From the NCBI GenBank assembly GCA_016218805.1, contig JACRCW010000129.1:1-35273 (forward strand): 35,273 nucleotides of DNA. Direction: 5' to 3'. Source of the DNA: Deltaproteobacteria bacterium (lineage in GTDB: Bacteria; Myxococcota; JACRCW01). This document shows positions 29,251 to 35,273 of the stretch, one piece after another. Each line of letters begins with the position of its first letter. Positions within the stretch are counted from its first letter, which is position 1. A model generated the notes under the pieces. That model saw nothing but the letters and a program-made list of their open reading frames with translations. It made no database searches and was not told the origin of the DNA. A program made the translations under genes and the position numbers.

Positions 29251-29446
29251 GGGGCGGTGGTGCGCCCGGTGAAGATCCCGGGTGTGTCCCACACGATCAA
29301 CGGCTGCCCCCCACCCCCGCCCTCCCCCCGCCCTCGCTGGTCCATGCCATCCATGGCGTCAGTCAGTGGCGACGGGGGGAGGGCTGGGGTGGGGGCGCAC
29401 GGAGTAGACCATGCGGGACACACCCAAGATCCCCCGCGTTCGCCCC
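29251..29446. mobile_element. 196-bp MITE/REP-like palindromic element with 7-bp target-site duplication GCGGTGA
   Basis: Ends GGGGCG...CGCCCC. Flanked by GCGGTGA at 29244-29250 and 29447-29453. Internal imperfect inverted repeat 29274-29431 centred on GCCAT-CC-ATGGC. Confidence 0.7.
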
Positions 29447-29507
29447 GCGGTGAGGGTGCGCCGCGGGGCCATGAGGGACCCGCACTCGCGGGCGAAGGGC
29501 GCAGCGC

Positions 29508-32500
29508 TCAACCCATCGCCACAAACGCCGCCAGGCGCTTGAGCGCGGACCGCGCGATGCCGAACTCGCTGGCGGGTGCGTCAACGGCGCCGTCCTTGAC
29601 GGCCTGCAGGTAATCCCTGGCCAGCGTGCTGAGCGCGAGCTCCGCCGCGCCCCCGAGCGCGGCCCGGCCCGCCACGTACGCGGCAAACCGGCGCAGCGAC
29701 CGGTCATAGGCGCGTGGCGTGGCGGGGCTCACCGTGGTGGCCAAAGAGGTCTGCAGCAGCGCGTCCAGCTGCGCGTTGAAACGCTCCGCCGAGCCGCCCA
29801 GCGCGGCGGGCCAACCCCCGGCGGCCGGCGCGGGCCCGTCCTCGTCGGCGTCGTCGTCATCCAGGGCGCGGTCCCCGGCGCGGATGATGTCCAGCAGCTC
29901 CTTGGGCGACAGGCGCGCCACTGCGTCACTTCCCTCCAGCACGCCGGAAAGCAGGGCACGCTTGTCCTCATGCAGGGACAGGATCTGTTCCTCCACCGTG
30001 CCGCGGGCGACCAGGCGGATGATGGTCACCGGCTTGTCCTGGCCAATGCGGTGGGCACGGTCCGAGGCCTGGTCCTCCACCGCGGGGTTCCACCACGGGT
30101 CCAGGTGCAGCACGTAGCTGGCGGCGGTGAGGTTCAGCCCGGAGCCTCCGGCCTTGAGCGAGATGAGGAACAGCGGGCCGCCTGCGCCGGCCTGGAACGT
30201 CTTCACCAGCTCGTCCCGACGGTGCGCGGGGGTCTGGCCGTCCAGGTAGAGGTACGGGATGCCCTGTGCGTCCAGGCGTTCGCGGACCAACGCCAGGTGG
30301 CTGGTGAACTGGCTGAACACCAGTGCACGCTGCCCGCTCTCCAACAGCTCATCCACAATCTCCATCAGGCGCGTCAGCTTGGCGGAGGGCGCGGTGGATT
30401 CCGCGTCATAGAGGCGCGGGTGGCACGCGCACAGGCGCAGGCGCGTCAGCGCCGCCAGGATCTGGAAGCGTTGGTCCCGGGCCTCGGTCTCGTCGGCCAG
30501 GCCGCCCATCTCCGCCACGGCGGCCAGGCGGGCCTGCTCGTAGAGGCGGCGTTCGGCGGCGGTCAGCTCCACGTATTCCGTGGTCTGGGTCCGCGGTGGG
30601 AGTTCCGGTGCCACCTGCGCCTTGGTGCGCCGCAACAGGAAGGGGCGCAACAGGCGGCCCAGCGCGCGCCGGCGTGACTCGTCACGCTGCTTTTCAATGG
30701 GCCCGGCGAAGCGGTCCCGGAACTCATCCCAGCTGCCAAACAGGCCGGGGAAGGCCACCCGGAACACGCTCCACAGCTCGCCCAGGTGGTTCTCCACCGG
30801 CGTGCCCGTCAACGCCACGCGGAAGCCCGCCTGCAGCCGGTGTGCTGCCCGCGCGCGCTTGGTTGCCGCGTTCTTCAGCGCCTGCGCCTCATCCACCACC
30901 AGCGTGGCAAACTCCCGCGCCGCCAGCCGCTCCACTTCGCGGGCGGCCATGCCGTGGCTCACCACCAGCACGTCCCCGGGGCCCGCGCGCGCCACCGCGG
31001 CCTCGCGGTCGCCATCCGGCGTCTCGCGATACAGCGACACGCGCAGCCCCGGCGTGAAGCGCTCCGCCTCGGACCGCCAATTCCGGCACACGCTGGTAGG
31101 CGCCAGCACCAGGGCAGGGCCCAGCGGTGCGCGGTGCTCCAGCAGGGCCAGCGCCTGCAGCGTCTTGCCCAGGCCCATCTCGTCCGCCAGGCACGCGCCC
31201 GCCTCCCACGCCGCCAGCCGCGCCAGCCAGGCAAACCCATCCACCTGGTAGTCGCGCAGCACCCCGCGCAGGTGGCCTGACGGAGCCACCGCCAGCTCGC
31301 CCGCGCGCTGGGCGCGGTCCACCAGGGCGGCAAAGGCCGGGTCCGCGCGCAGTTCGCCCAGCTCGGCCTTGAGGTCTTGCAGCGCCAGCGCGCCCGCCAC
31401 GCCCACGTGGGCGTCCGGCCCACCGCCGTGCACGTGGTCAGCCGCCGCCGCCATGCGCGCGCGCAGCTCGTCCCCCAGGGCCACATACGTGTGCTCATCC
31501 ACCGCCACAAACCGGCGGCCGCGGCGGACGGCATCCAGCACCGCGGCCACCGCCACGCGCACGCCGTCCACCTCCACCTCACCCTGCACGCCCAGCCAGT
31601 CCCGCTTGCGGGCCACCTGGACGCGCACGTCCTTCAACCGCGCGCGCCGGCTGACGCGCCAGCGCGCCTGGGACCACTCCACCGCCAGGTCAGCCCCCGC
31701 GCGGTCCTGCAGTGCGCTGACCAGGTCCAGCGCCTCTTCGCCCGCCGCCAGGGTGTGCACAAACCGCGGATCCTCGCTCTCCGGCGGCAGCGGCAACGAC
31801 GCCGCCACTTCCCGCACCCGGTGCGCCTCCCCGTCCAGGTCACGGCGCGCGTGGACGCGGCGGTCGCCCTGGGTGCCGTAGACCACCGGTGCGCCCTCGC
31901 CGGGCCGGAACACGCGGCCGTCCGCCAGCGGCCGCACCAGGAAACTCAGGGACAGCACCCCGCCCTCCAGTGCTTCCAGGCGCGCCACCACCGTTGTGTC
32001 CGCGGGCACCTGGTCACCGGTGAGCCCGGGCGGGAGCTCAATGGGCAGCCGGTCTTCCACCAGGGACGCAAACGCCAGCAGCTCCGCGTGCGCGTCCACG
32101 GGAAACTCCGTCTCATGGCGGGCAAGCACCCGCAGCATCTGCTGCGCATCCGGCGCAATGCGCACCATGCGGATGCGCTTCTCGGCGGGTTCCACCACGG
32201 CAAAGACCTCGCCGCTGTCCGCCGTGCGCTCATCCAGCCCCAGCCGTGCCGCATCCAGCGGCTGCCCGTCCAACGCAAGCGACAACCGGATGGCGCCGTC
32301 ACCGCACTCCGTGGCGACGAGGGTGAGGCGACCGTGACGGAGTTCCACCGGGGTCCGCTGCGGCGTTTCCAGCGCGGCCAGCTCCACGCGCGGGTGACCC
32401 ACCAGCAGCTCCAGCGTCTCCAGCCGGGCCGCGTGGCGCTGCTCGGAGGAGAGCTGAGGGTTGTGCTCTGAGGCCGCCAGCTTCTCCAGCACGCGCCGCT

Positions 32501-33809
32501 CCAGCGGGGTCAGTGACGGCAGTTCCAGCAGCGCGCGGTCTCCCGGCACCGCGGCGGCGCCGGCGGACCAGCCCTTCTTGATGCGCTTGTGGACCACCGG
32601 GCGGAGGTCCATCACGCCGTCCTCCGCCGCCTGGACACGCCAGGACAGCAGCGCCTCGCGCGGCGCGCGCGCCGTCTCAAACTCCTCGCGGGCCCGGCGG
32701 AGCTGGCGCAGCGTGCGGCTCCAGGCGGGTGTGCGCAGGAAGTCCGCCAGCGCCGTGACCTTCGGGTCGGCCGGCTGGGAGACAATGAAGTCGTGGAGCG
32801 CGTCCAGCGCCGCCAGCGCGCGCACCCCGTCCGCGTCACCCGTGTGGTGCCGCTCCCGGGTCCAGGCGTTCACCGGTTGCAGCGGCTGCGTCCGCCACCG
32901 TCCCAGCGGCAGGTGAACCGGCGGCAGGCGGGTCCCGTTCAACTGCAGGCTGATGGCCAGCAGGGCGTCGCCCTCGCCGTCAAACGCAGCGCCAATCAGG
33001 GCGGCCCCGGGCCGCGGACGCGCCGTTTCGCGAATGCGCGCGCGCGCCTCCGCCACGCGCTCCAGGAACTCCCTCAGCACCGCGTCCAGCGTCTCCGGGA
33101 CGCCGCGTGCGGCCCGCTGCGCCTCTTCGGCAGCCCCCTGCTCCACCACCCTGGCTTCCGCCTGCAAGGCGCGCCAGGTGGCCGCCGCCAGCGCGCGCGG
33201 CGCCTCCTTCCCGGCCCACAGCGGCAGCATCAGCCGTCCCAGCAGCGCGTCCGCCGCGCGGGAATGGAGGTTCGCTCCGTAGCTGAGGAACTCGTAGAAG
33301 GGGCGCCCCTCGTGGCCAAGAACCGACGTCAGCGCCTGGTCCAGTGTTTCCCGGATGCCGTGCGCCTCCGCCCACCGCTCCAACTCCGCGCGCGTCTGCG
33401 GCGCGTCCTCCGGTATGGGGCCGCGGGGTGCGCTCTGCTTGGCCGCCACAGGTCCCGGCGCCGCGGGGGGCGCATCGGGGGCCGCTGCCCGCTCCACGTG
33501 GCGCTTGACGGCCTGCACCAGACGGTCCCGCAGCGCGGGGCTGCCCAGGTTTCCCAGGGTCCCCTGGACCTTCCCCCGCTGGCACAGCTCCGCCAGCGTC
33601 TGGACGCCCGTCGCGGTCTCCAGCTCGCGCAGCAGGCCAATGACGGCGGGATCGGTCCGGTCATCGTTCCCCAGCACCGCCCAGGGCTGCTCAAGCGCTG
33701 CACTCCATCCGTGCCTGGTGGCCAGATCACTGAGCTGCGGCAGCGTGGTGGCGCCTTCCAGCTGCTGGCGGATGACGCCGCGCGCGAAGTCGATGATCTG
33801 GGCGGTCAT
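29508..33809 (-). CDS. SNF2/SWI2-family (DEAD/DEAH-like) helicase, 1433 aa
   Basis: LRDYQ, LADEMGLGKT, DEAQ, LTGTPVENHLGELW, FSQFT, ISLKAGGSGLNLT, WWNPAVEDQASDRAHRIGQ. Confidence 0.95.
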   Translation of the reverse strand: MTAQIIDFARGVIRQQLEGATTLPQLSDLATRHGWSAALEQPWAVLGNDDRTDPAVIGLLRELETATGVQTLAELCQRGKVQGTLGNLGSPALRDRLVQAVKRHVERAAAPDAPPAAPGPVAAKQSAPRGPIPEDAPQTRAELERWAEAHGIRETLDQALTSVLGHEGRPFYEFLSYGANLHSRAADALLGRLMLPLWAGKEAPRALAAATWRALQAEARVVEQGAAEEAQRAARGVPETLDAVLREFLERVAEARARIRETARPRPGAALIGAAFDGEGDALLAISLQLNGTRLPPVHLPLGRWRTQPLQPVNAWTRERHHTGDADGVRALAALDALHDFIVSQPADPKVTALADFLRTPAWSRTLRQLRRAREEFETARAPREALLSWRVQAAEDGVMDLRPVVHKRIKKGWSAGAAAVPGDRALLELPSLTPLERRVLEKLAASEHNPQLSSEQRHAARLETLELLVGHPRVELAALETPQRTPVELRHGRLTLVATECGDGAIRLSLALDGQPLDAARLGLDERTADSGEVFAVVEPAEKRIRMVRIAPDAQQMLRVLARHETEFPVDAHAELLAFASLVEDRLPIELPPGLTGDQVPADTTVVARLEALEGGVLSLSFLVRPLADGRVFRPGEGAPVVYGTQGDRRVHARRDLDGEAHRVREVAASLPLPPESEDPRFVHTLAAGEEALDLVSALQDRAGADLAVEWSQARWRVSRRARLKDVRVQVARKRDWLGVQGEVEVDGVRVAVAAVLDAVRRGRRFVAVDEHTYVALGDELRARMAAAADHVHGGGPDAHVGVAGALALQDLKAELGELRADPAFAALVDRAQRAGELAVAPSGHLRGVLRDYQVDGFAWLARLAAWEAGACLADEMGLGKTLQALALLEHRAPLGPALVLAPTSVCRNWRSEAERFTPGLRVSLYRETPDGDREAAVARAGPGDVLVVSHGMAAREVERLAAREFATLVVDEAQALKNAATKRARAAHRLQAGFRVALTGTPVENHLGELWSVFRVAFPGLFGSWDEFRDRFAGPIEKQRDESRRRALGRLLRPFLLRRTKAQVAPELPPRTQTTEYVELTAAERRLYEQARLAAVAEMGGLADETEARDQRFQILAALTRLRLCACHPRLYDAESTAPSAKLTRLMEIVDELLESGQRALVFSQFTSHLALVRERLDAQGIPYLYLDGQTPAHRRDELVKTFQAGAGGPLFLISLKAGGSGLNLTAASYVLHLDPWWNPAVEDQASDRAHRIGQDKPVTIIRLVARGTVEEQILSLHEDKRALLSGVLEGSDAVARLSPKELLDIIRAGDRALDDDDADEDGPAPAAGGWPAALGGSAERFNAQLDALLQTSLATTVSPATPRAYDRSLRRFAAYVAGRAALGGAAELALSTLARDYLQAVKDGAVDAPASEFGIARSALKRLAAFVAMG

Positions 33810-33866
33810 GGACCGCGCCCTACCATGCGGGCGCGTGGCGCGGCATCCGCGCAGCCCATGACGGCG

Positions 33867-34571
33867 TCAGGTGATTATCGCCGCGGAGTCAAAGTTGCCC
33901 TCGCCCACGGAGCGCCGCAGCGTCTGCATGATCCGGGGGACGTCGTCGTGCGGGCCGCTGACATAGAACGGCTTCCCGCCGCGGGAGAACGCAAAGACGC
34001 ACGGACCGGCCCACGGCCCCAGCACGCCGGCACAGCGCGCAAATCCGTCCACCGGTTCAAACCCCAGCGAGCGCGCAAAGTCGACCGCGCCAAACACCAG
34101 TTCTCGGACGGTGGCGAGCGAAACCCGCTCCCAGGTCTGGCCGGATCCCTCCTCAATGTGCGTCAGCAATGCCCGGACTTCTCCCGGCGTGAAGCGCTTC
34201 CGGGAAAAGCAGTTCTTGACGCCCAGGCAACCCGGGTCAACCAGGAAGACGTGGACGGCCACCAGGGACGGGGAGTCTCCCGCCACCACGGCAATCTGGA
34301 TGAGCTTGGGGATGCCGCTGGGCGGCTGCGGCTGCCAATCAGGCGGCGCCAACTGCGGCGGCCCCCGCAGCGCCACCTCCTGGCGCCACGTATTGGACAC
34401 GTAGCACTCCAGGTATGCCGGTGGTTTCTCCTCCGGCCCCCGCGCCGCTGCCAACTGCCGGATCACTTCGGTGACCACGGAAGGTGACAGCTTCACCGCC
34501 CGCGCAATCTCCCGCGCATTGAGTCCCTTCTGCCGCAGCTCAGTGATTCTCTGACGGGTCGCTTCATCCAT
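33867..34571 (-). CDS. Hypothetical protein with N-terminal helix-turn-helix
   Basis: RITELRQKGLNAREIARAVKLSPSVV HTH. C-terminal domain with FLVDPGCLGVKN, LVFGAVDFARSLGFEP and GKPFYVSGPHDD motifs; function unknown. Confidence 0.85.
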   Translation of the reverse strand: MDEATRQRITELRQKGLNAREIARAVKLSPSVVTEVIRQLAAARGPEEKPPAYLECYVSNTWRQEVALRGPPQLAPPDWQPQPPSGIPKLIQIAVVAGDSPSLVAVHVFLVDPGCLGVKNCFSRKRFTPGEVRALLTHIEEGSGQTWERVSLATVRELVFGAVDFARSLGFEPVDGFARCAGVLGPWAGPCVFAFSRGGKPFYVSGPHDDVPRIMQTLRRSVGEGNFDSAAIIT

Positions 34572-34634
34572 GCGCGCTTCTTACATCCACCGCGGCGCGG
34601 CGAGAAACGGGCGTGGCGCAAAGTCGGCGACCGC

Positions 34635-35271
34635 CAGTAGATGCCTTGCCTGCGCGGGGAGCCGCCGCGTCCGTGACGGTGAGCGCGACGGCGGGTTCCA
34701 TCCCCGCGTGCGCGGGGGAGCCGGTGAGCGACCTCGGAGGGCCGTCACAGAAAGGGGTCCATCCCCGCGTGCGCGGGGGAGCCATCGCCAGCGAATAGTC
34801 CGCGTCGCCCCACCGGGTCCATCCCCGCGTGCGCGGGGGAGCCGTCACGCTCGCGGGGTTCCCACGGGAGGGAGCGGGTCCATCCCCGCGTGCGCGGGGG
34901 AGCCAGCGCATAGGCGTCGTCCTGGGTGGCCGACGGGGGTCCATCCCCGCGTGCGCGGGGGAGCCTACGGACAGCTGAGCAATCGGCTGGCGACGTCGGG
35001 TCCATCCCCGCGTGCGCGGGGGAGCCACAGACGCGCAAGGAGGTGCTCCGCGAACTTGGGGTCCATCCCCGCGTGCGCGGGGGAGCCCGAGGACAGCACC
35101 ACCCACGTACTGACGGCCACGGGTCCATCCCCGCGTGCGCGGGGGAGCCGCGCAGACGGGAGCGAGACACGGGGCACCTCAGGGTCCATCCCCGCGTGCG
35201 CGGGGGAGCCACGCGCTCGCGTGGCGGGTGTCGATACGGACAGGGTCCATCCCCGAGTGCGCGGGGGAGCC
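34635..35271 (-). CRISPR. Type I-E-like CRISPR array (trailer end): 10 repeats of 29 bp plus 1 degenerate terminal repeat; truncated by the window edge
   Basis: + strand repeat GGGTCCATCCCCGCGTGCGCGGGGGAGCC starts at 34694 (variant GGTTCC), 34755, 34815, 34876, 34937, 34998, 35059, 35121, 35182 and 35243 (C>A in stem). Spacers are 31-33 bp and all different. Degenerate repeat at 34635-34663. The reverse complement GGCTCCCCCGCGCACGCGGGGATGGACCC matches the I-E repeat family. Confidence 0.97.
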
Positions 35272-35273
35272 CA

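Noticed and set aside
34664..34693. Oldest spacer reads VALTVTDAA on the minus strand, like a PKD/Ig-domain motif
   Set aside because: Too short to assign a source, and no matching protospacer was seen in the window.
34564..35212. ORFs with repeated GSPAHAGMDP / APPRTRGWT peptides
   Set aside because: They are translations of the CRISPR repeats, not proteins.

Overview
GC-rich (~70% by eye) bacterial chromosomal DNA. The gene content (FHA, PEGA, Kelch, TPR, OmpA and YfiR proteins, a giant SNF2 helicase) suggests Myxococcota/Deltaproteobacteria; this is an inference. 1-20 kb is mostly core and envelope genes: carB, an aldo/keto reductase, an orphan MlaD, a VOC protein, PhoD, DUF4412, a methylmalonyl-CoA mutase large subunit, OmpA and FHA proteins, a GDSL hydrolase, a cyclophilin, 5-FTHF cyclo-ligase, zapA, a TPR protein, YfiR and a porin. 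20.0-21.85 kb is a decayed accessory patch with two copies of a near-perfect 29-31 bp palindrome, a long-range inverted repeat, a frameshifted nucleotidyltransferase with a truncated partner, and gene scraps. 21.9-29.2 kb holds secreted TPR/PEGA/Kelch proteins and a PLP-enzyme::gluconate-2-dehydrogenase-subunit-3-like fusion coupled to a GMC oxidoreductase. A 196-bp MITE-like hairpin element with a 7-bp target-site duplication follows. The right end carries a 1433-aa SNF2 helicase with an apparent C-terminal integrase core-binding (SAM-like) domain and an HTH hypothetical gene, both directly downstream of a type I-E CRISPR array (10 repeats plus 1 degenerate) that runs off the window. No cas genes are in the window. 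All domain calls are by motif recognition, not database search.
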